A stretch of DNA of 63,638 nucleotides, the filler included, from Stramenopiles sp. TOSAG23-3 (taxonomy: Eukaryota), in NCBI GenBank assembly GCA_900128585.1. It is 12 parts of 12 records of this genome, joined end to end, with 100 filler letters (N's around TTAATTAATTAA, not from the genome) between each part and the next. Parts side by side here need not be neighbours in the genome. Positions count along the whole stretch, not along the records: positions 51,270 to 56,853 come from LT643484.1; positions 56,954 to 62,531 come from LT643485.1; positions 62,632 to 63,638 come from LT646729.1; 9 more parts are not named here. One strand, 5' to 3'. Of the stretch, positions 54,176 through 63,638 are shown one piece after another (positions within the stretch are counted from its first letter, which is position 1; every line of letters begins with the position of its first letter). Both the position numbers and the translations under genes were made by a program. Below the pieces are notes generated by a model. The model did not search any database. It saw nothing but the letters and a program-made list of their open reading frames with translations, and was not told the DNA's origin.

Positions 54176-55666
54176 TCAGCCGAACATGGGGGAGCTCCGA
54201 CTCTTGTTCATGGGCGAGTTTCGCGGCGTCCCCTTCCTCATTCTAGCAATGGCATTCACCCGTGCCGTCAACTGCCGGGACATAGGACGGCTGCCGCTGC
54301 GCCGGCTTCTCGCTGAGCCCAACGGCAAATTGCGGGGGGTCGGCGACATTGGCAAATCCGGCAACATTCCTCGTCTCCCCGTATTCTTCCGGCTGGAGCG
54401 CCGGCTGGTGCCGATCCTGGAGGAGCCTGGGGCCAGGGTAAGGTTTGCTTCAAGGTTGTGCGACTTTCCGGACTTTCCATCCAGCAGCTTTTGGTACTCA
54501 GCGGACAGGATCTCCTCCTGGCGGCGGGTTCCCCACGCTTTCGTGGGGTAGTCTTTGGGCAGGATGTTTCGTATCATTTCATAAAAGTCGATCAGGCCGT
54601 CGTGGTCCTCGTCGTAGCGATTGAACAGCTCCACCAGCTGCTCGTCCCGCGCGGGGATCCCCATTCTTCGGACCCTGTCCATGAACACTCGGAGCTCGAT
54701 GTGCCCCTCCGGCCGCCCGAACAAAAAGTAGGCGTAGCGGTATTTCTCCATGTCCGAGCGTGCCCTTTGGTCGATTTTTGCGCGCAGGATTTTCTCAATG
54801 TCGGCGGTGGAGTACTGGTACTTCTCCATGCACTTTGGGTAACGCTTTGGGACGGGGTCGAACTCTTCCGTTTTTTTGTTCAGGATGCTGGCCCACTGGT
54901 CTTCGTCCCGCTGTTGCGTCCACGCTTTCGTGGGGTAGTCGTTCGGCATGACCCCTTGGATAAACTCGTAGAAATCGATGACCCCCCCGCCGTCCTTGTC
55001 GTACCGCTTGAAGAGCCCGAGGGCCTCCTTCACGTTGACCGGGACGCCCATCCTCCACAGCTGCGTTTTGAACATGTCCAGGGTCAAGCCGTCCTTTGGG
55101 CTCCCGAACATTTTGAACGCGCACTGCATTTGAACCTCCGGGCGAGGCGCGCGCTGCTCGATTTTCCGCTGCACCAGCTTCTCGATGGCATCCAGGTCCA
55201 TCCGGTCCTGCTCCATGCACTTCGGGTATTGCAGCGGCTTCTGACCCATCCCAAGGACCCCTATTTCTCTACACACGGCCGCCCGCTTGTCGGCTTCCAC
55301 CCACTGCTCACGGTCGCGAAGCATGTTCCAGGACGGTATGGTCTGGTCTGGTGCCGCGAGCTTGTTTGCGAACTCGTTGAAGGTCAGCCTGCCCGTGCGG
55401 TTCACGTCGTACATGTTGAAGACCGTCTGCGCGTCCCTCTTCGTCAGGATCACCCCAAGCCGGGCGAACGTCTCCCGAAAGATGTCTACGGTGATGCCAT
55501 TTTCTGGCCGACCAAACAGGCGAAAGGACGTCTGCAAAATCGACGATCCCGGTATCACACGCTCCACGACCTTCTTTCGGAGCAAGTTGACCAACTCCGT
55601 CTTTGTCAATTTCGGCTTTCCATCTTTACCCCACTCCCCCGTCAACTCGTTCTGCGTGGTGTCCAT
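54176..55666 (-). CDS. EF-hand protein built from three ~135-aa internal repeats
   Basis: Loops YDVNRTGRLTFNEF, YDKDGGGVIDFYEF, YDEDHDGLIDFYEM. Repeated F(R/K/F)(L/M)FG(R/S)P, YPKCME and DYPTKAW. First ATG at 55666. Confidence 0.87.
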   Translation of the reverse strand: MDTTQNELTGEWGKDGKPKLTKTELVNLLRKKVVERVIPGSSILQTSFRLFGRPENGITVDIFRETFARLGVILTKRDAQTVFNMYDVNRTGRLTFNEFANKLAAPDQTIPSWNMLRDREQWVEADKRAAVCREIGVLGMGQKPLQYPKCMEQDRMDLDAIEKLVQRKIEQRAPRPEVQMQCAFKMFGSPKDGLTLDMFKTQLWRMGVPVNVKEALGLFKRYDKDGGGVIDFYEFIQGVMPNDYPTKAWTQQRDEDQWASILNKKTEEFDPVPKRYPKCMEKYQYSTADIEKILRAKIDQRARSDMEKYRYAYFLFGRPEGHIELRVFMDRVRRMGIPARDEQLVELFNRYDEDHDGLIDFYEMIRNILPKDYPTKAWGTRRQEEILSAEYQKLLDGKSGKSHNLEANLTLAPGSSRIGTSRRSSRKNTGRRGMLPDLPMSPTPRNLPLGSARSRRSGSRPMSRQLTARVNAIARMRKGTPRNSPMNKSRSSPMFG

Positions 55667-55702
55667 CGGCGCGGTATGCGATTTGATTTTAAATGATGAA
55701 TG

Positions 55703-55765
55703 TCGATTCGATTCAATTCTATTCAATTCAATACGGCTCAATTCAATTCAGCTCGGTTCAATTCC
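55703..55765. repeat. Degenerate (ATTCA)n pentamer repeat just upstream of the EF-hand gene
   Basis: CGATTCGATTCAATTCTATTCAATTCAATACGGCTCAATTCAATTCAGCTCGGTTCAATTC. Confidence 0.7.
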
Positions 55766-56149
55766 TTTTCAAGGGAGAAATTGTTTGCTAAAAAGATACG
55801 ATCGTATCAACCTCGTCCATCCATCAAGTATTGCTTCGCACGGTGGTAAAATATCAAATTGTTTTGTTTTGTTCTATAAAGAAAGAAAAAAAAGAAGAAG
55901 AAGAATTAAAAAAAAAATAATAAATAGATTTACAATGCTATTTATATATTAATGATATAAACACTTCACAACGGATCAATCGAGCGAGCAGCACAAACAA
56001 ACAATTATTCTTCCAAGGAATTTCTCATAATTAAATATATCTCTAGTGCTAATCCTATGTACAGTATATTAAGTATATTAAGTATATTTATATATGATGT
56101 TAAGAGTATAAATATAATGGAAGTGAAACACACTTTTTGTTCTAATTAT

Positions 56150-56294
56150 TAATATACTTGGTATAATAATAAAACCATTTCCTTTCTTCTTCCCTTTTTT
56201 CCTCTTTTTCTTCTTAATTTTAATATATACTTGGTATAATTATAAAACCATTTCCTTTCTTCTTCCCTTTTTTCCTCTTTTTCTTCTTAATTTT
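56150..56294. repeat. ~73-nt near-perfect tandem duplication
   Basis: ATATACTTGGTATAAT(A/T)ATAAAACCATTTCCTTTCTTCTTCCCTTTTTTCCTCTTTTTCTTCTTAATTTT occurs twice. Confidence 0.9.
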
Positions 56295-56953
56295 TTTAGG
56301 AACATTTTTTTCTTCTTAATTTGTTCCAATCGTATATCCTATGCTGTATTATGATTGATACTATTATGTTTATTTCAATGCTATTTCCATTCTAATATCT
56401 GTAAGAATTTAGATGAATATCATTTCTTCATATTAATTATAACTAAATAGAATGAAAAAGTAATAAAATATACCTCTTTTATATAGACACAGCAGGAATA
56501 TGATACGTTGAATAGGGTCGTATTTTTATATACTATTGAACCGAATAAGTACAAATAAGAAAGAAGTGAGTGAAAAAGGAAAATCGGAAAGAAAAAAGGG
56601 GAGAAGGTTAGTGTTAGGGTTAAAATAACCCTTAAGGATATTTATGCCTAGAGATTCAGAGAAGTGTTTGCATGGATGGTATTGAATGTATTTAGATCGG
56701 ATTTGGATGAAATCACTTTTTTTCACTTATTAATAAGTAAATAAAATCAAACTATAATGTTTATGGAAACCTAAAATATTTTATATAGAATAGACACAGT
56801 ACGTGTAATCCATTCATATGCATATCCTTAATTTCAGCTTTCCTATTTTTGCGNNNNNNNNNNNNNNNNNNNNNNNNNNNNNNNNNNNNNNNNNNNNTTA
56901 ATTAATTAANNNNNNNNNNNNNNNNNNNNNNNNNNNNNNNNNNNNNNNNNNNN

Positions 56954-59353
56954 GTGGCGTACTGTGCCCAAGAGCCATGGATTCAAAACGCGACCCTGAA
57001 GGACAACATACTGTTCGGGGCCCCTTACGACGAAGTAAGGTACAACGAAGTTCTGAAGGCGTGCGCCCTGGAGGCGGACATCAAGGCGCTCCCGGGCGGG
57101 GATCAAACCGAGATTGGGGAGCGAGGCATCAACCTGAGCGGGGGGCAAAAGTGCCGCGTCTCGCTGGGCAGAGCATGCTACGCCGACAGAGACATCGTAG
57201 TCCTCGATGATATCTTATCAGCCGTGGACGCACACGTGGCGCGGACCATCACCGACAAGTGCCTTGTCGAGTTCCTTCGAAATCGGGGGAAAACGGTAAT
57301 CTTGGCGACTCACCAAACCCTCTGCTTTCCGAATGCGGACAGCATTGTCGTTTTGAAAGATGGGAACATTGCGTTTCATGGAAACTTTGAAGACGCAAAG
57401 AAGGAGGCGAAATTCTCAGAAATTTTAGGGTCCATGGACGACCTCGGCGAAGAGGAAAAGGCCGAAGCGGCAGCTGCCGGTGAGGTGGAGTTGGAGACCG
57501 CGACAGTCCAGAGAGGGGTATCCCGGACGTCATCTATTGGCTCTGCTATCAGCAGCAAGCAGGAGAAAGGTAAACTGACGGCAAAAGAAGCAACTGCAGA
57601 GGGGGCCGTGACATGCTCCGTGTATACGTCCTACGCAGCAAAGGTTGGGGTACCTCTCTCAATTTTAATTTTTCTACTGGTTGCCTCGATGAACGGCCAG
57701 CAAGTTGTCGTAAACTGGTGGTTAAGCCGTTGGAGCGTTTCGAGTTCTCTCCCGGAAAAAAAATCCGTAGAGTACTACCTGTTCATCTACTTTCTGTTGG
57801 GGCTTGGGGCGTGCGTGCTGATTTTGGCGTACCAGATAGTGGTGGCGTTGGGTGGCCTCGGGGCGGCAGCGGGAATCCACGAACGCATGTTTAATGCAAT
57901 CATCAAGGCTCCCATGTCATTCTTTGACACGACACCGAGTGGGCAGATTCTAAATAGGTTTACGGCCGACATGAAGTCTATCGATGAGCAGCTCATTTCA
58001 CAGCTTGGTGGTGCGCTTGCTCTCCTCTTCATGATGGCCTCTGTGATCTTCACCATCATCGCGGTCGTGCCTTGGGTCCTGGCCGCGTTGGTGCCACTAT
58101 TTCTATTCTACGGGTGGATACAACTGGTTTACCGAAACACCGCAAGAGAGCTAAAGCGCTTCGACAGTGCCACCCAGTCCCCAATTTTCAATTACTTCGC
58201 CGAAACGGTGAACGGCCTGAGTTCCATCCGCGCGTTTAAGTGCGAGGAGCAATTGTTGGTTGAGACGACGTCTCGCATCGACTACAACAGTCGATTTTGG
58301 ACAAAAAACAATTTCGTCAACAGATGGCTTGGCCTACGGCTGGATTGGATCGGGGCGTTCTTGGTAGGGTTCACTGCCCTGGCATGCGTCTTGGCCGTCA
58401 AATTGTCATGGTCCATCGACCCAGGCTTAATTGGTCTTGTTCTTAGCTACACTGCCACGTTGACGGGGCTGTTGAATTGGGGCGTGCGGCGATTCTCGGA
58501 GGCCGAAATGGGGATGGTTGCCGTCGAGCGCACAAAGAGTCTGACAGGGTGCCCGCAAGAATCGACAACCGATCCCCTGAAGAGCGTGCCCGAAAACTGG
58601 CCAAGCGAAGGGCGGATCAAGCTGCAAAATGTCTCTGCCAGGTACCGGGACGGGCTCCCAAAAGTGTTGAACGGGATCGACATCAGCATTCCAAAATTTA
58701 CGAAAGTGGGCGTGTGTGGAAGGACAGGTTCGGGGAAAAGCACTCTGGCGAAGTGCCTGTTTCGCCTCATGGAAACGTCGCAAGGCTCAATCTTAATCGA
58801 TGATATCGATGTTTCCAAAGTGGAGCTGCCGACTCTTCGTAAAAGGATCACCATGATTCCCCAAGATCCGACCCTTTTCGCTGGCCCACTAAGGTATAGC
58901 CTAGACCCAGGAAACCTATACTCAGACGACCAGCTGTGGAATGCTTTGGACTCTGTTGATATGAAGGACCACGTGAAGGCCCTGGAGAATGGTTTAAATT
59001 ACGAAATCGTGGATGGCGGGGAAAATCTCAGTGCGGGCCAGAGGCAGCTGTTGTGCATGGCCCGTGCGCTCCTCGAGTCCCCAAAGGTCTTGATTATGGA
59101 CGAAGCCACATCCAACATTGACGGAAACACCGACAGTAAAATCCAAGAGATGCTCAAAGGAGCATTCAAAGACTGCACTGTCTTATCCATTGCACATCGA
59201 ATCGATACGATAATGTGGTACGATAAAGTTCTTGTATTGGACCACGGCAAAGTTTTGGAATACGACTCTCCCGAAAGCCTCTCCAAAACGGAAGGAAGCG
59301 AGTTCAAAGCGCTGTTAACAGAGTACCGCAAAGGGAGGGAAGGCGCGCAGTAA
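56954..59353 (+). CDS. ABCC/MRP-type ABC transporter, 5'-partial (end of NBD1, TMD2, NBD2)
   Basis: AYCAQEPWIQNAT, IGERGINLSGGQK, FFDTTPSGQILNRF, GRTGSGKS, NLSAGQRQL, IMDEATS, IAHRIDT. Confidence 0.95.
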   Translation: MAYCAQEPWIQNATLKDNILFGAPYDEVRYNEVLKACALEADIKALPGGDQTEIGERGINLSGGQKCRVSLGRACYADRDIVVLDDILSAVDAHVARTITDKCLVEFLRNRGKTVILATHQTLCFPNADSIVVLKDGNIAFHGNFEDAKKEAKFSEILGSMDDLGEEEKAEAAAAGEVELETATVQRGVSRTSSIGSAISSKQEKGKLTAKEATAEGAVTCSVYTSYAAKVGVPLSILIFLLVASMNGQQVVVNWWLSRWSVSSSLPEKKSVEYYLFIYFLLGLGACVLILAYQIVVALGGLGAAAGIHERMFNAIIKAPMSFFDTTPSGQILNRFTADMKSIDEQLISQLGGALALLFMMASVIFTIIAVVPWVLAALVPLFLFYGWIQLVYRNTARELKRFDSATQSPIFNYFAETVNGLSSIRAFKCEEQLLVETTSRIDYNSRFWTKNNFVNRWLGLRLDWIGAFLVGFTALACVLAVKLSWSIDPGLIGLVLSYTATLTGLLNWGVRRFSEAEMGMVAVERTKSLTGCPQESTTDPLKSVPENWPSEGRIKLQNVSARYRDGLPKVLNGIDISIPKFTKVGVCGRTGSGKSTLAKCLFRLMETSQGSILIDDIDVSKVELPTLRKRITMIPQDPTLFAGPLRYSLDPGNLYSDDQLWNALDSVDMKDHVKALENGLNYEIVDGGENLSAGQRQLLCMARALLESPKVLIMDEATSNIDGNTDSKIQEMLKGAFKDCTVLSIAHRIDTIMWYDKVLVLDHGKVLEYDSPESLSKTEGSEFKALLTEYRKGREGAQ

Positions 59354-59516
59354 GCGCAGATCGTTAAAAACAAAATGGGGAAAATGCGCTATCAAAAGAT
59401 TGTTTTAAACAAATAAGATCCAAAATCATTTTATTTGGCCGCTGCTTAGCAGTAAATTGGAGCTTGGCCAGAAATTGGGAAGGATCTGCAACAGGAAGAG
59501 ATAGAATTATTAAATA

Positions 59517-59643
59517 TCAAAAATTGGTTGTTATTTAAAAACAAGAAAATTGGCTGTTATTTAAGTAATTAAATTTAGCTTCGTCGTACCCTAAGGCTGT
59601 TATTTATAAGTAAAATTTTTTTAAATTTATTGTCTTCATATAC
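59517..59643 (+). repeat. Dispersed ~54-nt element, copy B (59540-59593), flanked by a partial and a degenerate tandem copy
   Basis: Copy B is identical to copy A at 51/54 positions. It is preceded by AAAATTGGTTGTTATTTAA and followed by GGCTGTTATTTATAAGTAAAATTTTTTTAAATTTATTGTCTTCATA. Confidence 0.9.
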
Positions 59644-60043
59644 ACTGTGCGAGCGTATCTCCTAATCCCCAAGATTCTTACTTCAATCAGTATTACCACC
59701 CTTGCATATCATTTTTCTCATATAATTTTTGTTTTTTCATTCTCATGTGTGTACTCCATGCATGATCCAAATCGGTACGTGGATTTTGCGTCGATGTCAA
59801 AAGACCCTTAGTCAACTTCCTCATCCGATGTCTCACTCGTAAATGAATCAGTCCTTGTGTGATTTTCCAAGCAGCGGCGTGAGTGTTTTAAGGGTGCGGG
59901 TGCTGTCTTGTAAAGCAGTCAGGGAATTGTCATTTGTGAGTTGTGGTGTCGGGATATTGAGGTGCCTTAGATATTATGATAATAGGTTTTTACATACTAT
60001 ATCATTAGTTTTTTTTGCATATAGGTTTTTTTCTTTCTTCAAT

Positions 60044-62531
60044 TTAAATACGATAATCGGACCAGAAAGAATAGGAACAAAAGCTGGCTTGTTTGCCAAC
60101 CATGTGCTTCCAGTAAGCAACGCAACCTGCTTGCAGCTGAGCATTTTTCTCAGGAGCTGCAAAAACACGATCCCAAGGATTGTCTAGACAGTAGCCCAAA
60201 TTTATCCCAAGTCCAAATTTAAAGCCAACGACAGCACAGTTGCTTCCCCATCCTTTTTTCAAAGCGAACTCAGGGGGCTCCCAATTCTTCTTTTTACCGC
60301 CGCCCATGCATTCCTGATCAGCGGAAAACTTAAGACCAACAGAGGCCCCGAGGGCAGCGCTACCCATGACCTTATGGCCGCATTTAGTTTTGATCGTCCC
60401 TTGCCCTTTTATAAAATCAACTCCTAAAGAACCGCACACACCCTTTAACCCTAACTTGGCTTGAGCATTGGCCTCGCCGACCATAACCTGGCTGGTTAGC
60501 GTTGCTTCCTCTCCAACACTATCGCACCGCAATGCATGAACAGTCGTCATGGTTGCGCTTATTGCTGCACCCTGTCGACGACTATGAATTTCCGCGGCTC
60601 CATCCACAGTAAATGTTTCAAACTTTACTGCTGATTTGGCAAGCGGGTCATCCGGGTTGCAACCAACTTGCTGCCCCCCAGGAATAGGGCGTTCACCCCA
60701 CGGGTTGAACAAATCTAATATTCTGTCTTGCACTGTTTTTCTTTTGAAGTCCCCCGCGCCAATTACGTTGCAAATTAACCTTGCTGCGTCTTTTTCCAAT
60801 TTCTTCTGTTTTGTGCGGAACATAAAATTGAAAAGTGCTTTGGTCGATCGGCACCTTTCGTAGTCCCCCATAATTATTGGCTGCTGCTGCCCCTTATCTT
60901 TCCGTTCCTTTCCCAGCCGGTTTACGTAACATGTATAGTCTTTCCAGTCCGGGTCCTTCCCCATTACTTTCGCTTCTGCTCCCGAAGGTGAAAACCCCGC
61001 ACAGTCGCTTTGCAGTCCTTTGCTTTTCGCATCTTGAAAACCGCCTTCACCAACGTTCTTGTCTTGAGGGTATGGGCAATCGTTGCCCTCCTTTAGCTTG
61101 ATTTCTAAACTTTCCATGCAATATCTGTTGAATACTTCTTCGATACGACCTTTTTGTTCTTTATAATCCGCTATTGTCTTGTCTGGATTCGTCACTTCTT
61201 TAATAGCTTGGTCCACGCTTATGCTACCACGCATCTTATTTCCACCGTGGTCCATGACCCACTTCGACAAGTAGCCCCCCATAGGGCAGGCTTTCATATG
61301 AGACGAACACGTCCAAGCTTTGACAATGTTGCAAACTGGCGCTTTGTGAGAGTAGACAATATCTTTCACCTGTTGCGTCGACGCCTTGCCCGCTTGCTGG
61401 TCGATTCCCTTGATGGCGTGGCAGAGGTAACCGTTCATCTGTTGCTGCGCTGTCGCACACTGTTTTTTTATTTGGTCCCGGCTCAATGACTTAATTACGT
61501 TCACATCTATTCTTGAGCATTTCATCGCGTGAGCAAGGCAATCAGTACAGATTTTTTCACTGCAGTCCCGGTCAGCCTCGTAACCAATAAATTTTTTCCA
61601 TACTATTGGGCATATAGCTCTATATTTACCTCGTTGATGCATCAGGTTCCACCAGTAATTTTCTTTTATCCCCCCCGTTATAAATTCAGCCCCGAGAAAC
61701 CCAAAAAAAAACCCGGTTTTCTTTCCCAGCACGTCGATTGACGGGTAGTAGCACCTCTCTTGGTTCCATGCTTGCGTTTTGCTTTTCAACAAGGCATTTT
61801 CATCGTTAATTTCTTTCAGCCGGGTGTCCCACATACCATCCATGCATTGTTTCGTGAAAAGCCTACAATAGCCACAACTTACTTGAGAATTATAATAATT
61901 CTTTAGTTTGCCACCTGGGTATTGTTTCTTTAACGCTTCACACCTTTCGACCATCTTAACAACCGTTTTTTTTTGACGACTATCTGCAAACGTCGCATGT
62001 CGTAAACTGTCCACTGGCTTTGTTCCGGCCAGTACCTCTACATTTTTTCCCTGCCCCGGTTCTACTTTCGACGACAGCCTTGCTTTCAGCTTCGCAAACC
62101 GCAAGCTCTTTGCAAAAATGGCTTCTTGCCGCATAAGCGTAGAGCTGGGTTGAAGCGATGTCGGGGGGCCAAAGTCCTCAAAGGGGCCGTCGGTCTGCAC
62201 GGTAGCAGCAACTCGTGGCGACGACGGAATAGCCTTCGAACGTTCGTGGGGGCTGTCGTTCGCTTCATGTCGCTTATTTCGCTCTTCTCTAGCAGCACCA
62301 AACATTCGCCGTTCTATTTCGGATTGGTGATCGTTCTCCTCACCAGAACTATACGATGAAATCATTCGGTTTTGCATATCCAACAATATTTCGACATTCG
62401 AGGTGACGTTGTGGTTCCCAAATAGTTCGAGCCTACCGTTCCTCTCGGTGTGCCGCTGCCAAATGTCGCCAGTGCTTGGAAAGGCCCGCCCACGAAGCGG
62501 CATCACAAAGAGGACCAAGCAAGCAACCACA
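60044..62531 (-). CDS. Large secreted cysteine-rich protein, 5'-partial
   Basis: 828-codon ORF beginning within a signal-peptide-like stretch at the contig edge. Many Cys including CxxC; Gly-rich beta-type C-terminus. Confidence 0.75.
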
Positions 62532-62631
62532 NNNNNNNNNNNNNNNNNNNNNNNNNNNNNNNNNNNNNNNNNNNNTTAATTAATTAANNNNNNNNNNNNN
62601 NNNNNNNNNNNNNNNNNNNNNNNNNNNNNNN

Positions 62632-63638
62632 ATCCGGCTCGTCGAACGCCGTTCCGTTGAACCACCGGTGCTGATGGCCCGCCAAGACACCCCAGAACTT
62701 GTCCAACGGGGTCGTCGACCTCCTTATAATGTCCCGTATTGCCTTCTTGTCGTCTTTGGAGAAGCAGAACGCCCAGTCAGGGACCCCAAAGCGGCAGCGA
62801 AAGGGCTGGTGGATCAAAAAAATTACCGTCTCCACCGTGCGCCGTATGTTACCGACAACCTCCTGCTCAAACCATTTCAAAGTGCCTTTCGTAAAGTTGA
62901 ACAGCTCGGCCATGCCAGGGACTCCGCAGCCTCCAATCGGTGAGTGCCCAGGGCACGGCGGGGGTGCCTTCACCCTTGTGTTGAAATCGGGGGCAATGAA
63001 TTTGACGTTCGCCAAATCGTTGTTGTTTTGTATGGCGCTGGAGCCCCCCTCCAGCGACCACGATTGAAAGGTCGAGTTGCACTGGTGGGCGGGGTTGTAC
63101 ACGGTTTTGTTCCCGTACGTGAAAAAAGGCCCGTGAAACTTCTCAAAGGAAGAGCGGAACGTTTCCGCAAAGAGCCTGTCCGCAACGGGTGTCGGCGTCA
63201 AGTCCCCGACGACTTCGTTGTAGCTCCATACGTCGTGGTTACCCATGATCGAAAGGTACGGCGCAAGGAGGGTGTCCAGCTCTTTCCTGGCCGCCACAAA
63301 CTCCGTTGGCTGTGCGGACGACGTGACGTCCCCGCCCAAAAGAACCAAGCTGAACGGCACGGCGTCGTCCTTCAAGTGCAGCTCGTTGATCTTTGCGACC
63401 GTTGCCTTCAAATCCCTGACACTGTAACAGTTTGTATCGTTCAGCTCATACCCACTATACGATGAATTGCACCCTTCCCCAACGTGCGTATCCGCAAGAA
63501 ACACCACCCGCGATACCCCGCAAACTCTATGCAACAACAGGAAGAAACAACACCCAAACCACCACCATCTTAGGTAAATGGCTATCGAGCGACGACGACG
63601 ATGACGGCGAAGAGGAGGAGGACGCACAAAACACCACC
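62632..63638 (-). CDS. Secreted calcineurin-like metallophosphoesterase, partial at both ends
   Basis: All five motifs present: FLADTHVG, GGDVT, MGNHDV, IHQP, AGHQH. Hydrophobic signal-like segment upstream. Confidence 0.88.

Noticed and set aside
1-63638. tRNA, rRNA, antizyme, selenoprotein/SECIS or transposase genes
   Set aside because: None recognised by eye. tRNAscan-SE, Infernal/Rfam and TE-domain searches would be needed to exclude them formally.

Overview
This window is eukaryotic and is not one continuous locus. It holds 12 unrelated contigs (the complete ones about 5.6 kb, in descending length order) joined by artificial 100-nt linkers (N44-TTAATTAATTAA-N44), so adjacency across linkers has no biological meaning. 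The genome is compact and apparently intron-poor, with GC-richer ORFs separated by very AT-rich, microsatellite-rich spacers. The gene set points to a flagellated protist, plausibly a heterotrophic stramenopile (inference): SAS-6, MZT1, CFAP418/C8orf37, a radial-spoke-like ARM protein, an ODA-docking-like coiled coil, DP, PIG-C, ADSS, ODC, ribokinase, an opine dehydrogenase, two GT49 proteins and an ABCC transporter. The most notable unexplained signal is a ~54-nt element (AACAAGAAAATTGGCTGTTATTTAAGTAATTAAATTTAGCTTCCTCATACCCTA) on four different contigs. It always lies between convergent genes and can fold into a hairpin whose loop absorbs the insertions. Other leads are an 84-nt-unit LRR array with a hypervariable face and a compensated frameshift, an MLKL-NTD-like gene start, a GH47/ankyrin +1 overlap, overlapping uORFs before ODC, and an opine dehydrogenase with an altered active-site motif. 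All family calls come from motif recognition by eye; no searches were run.
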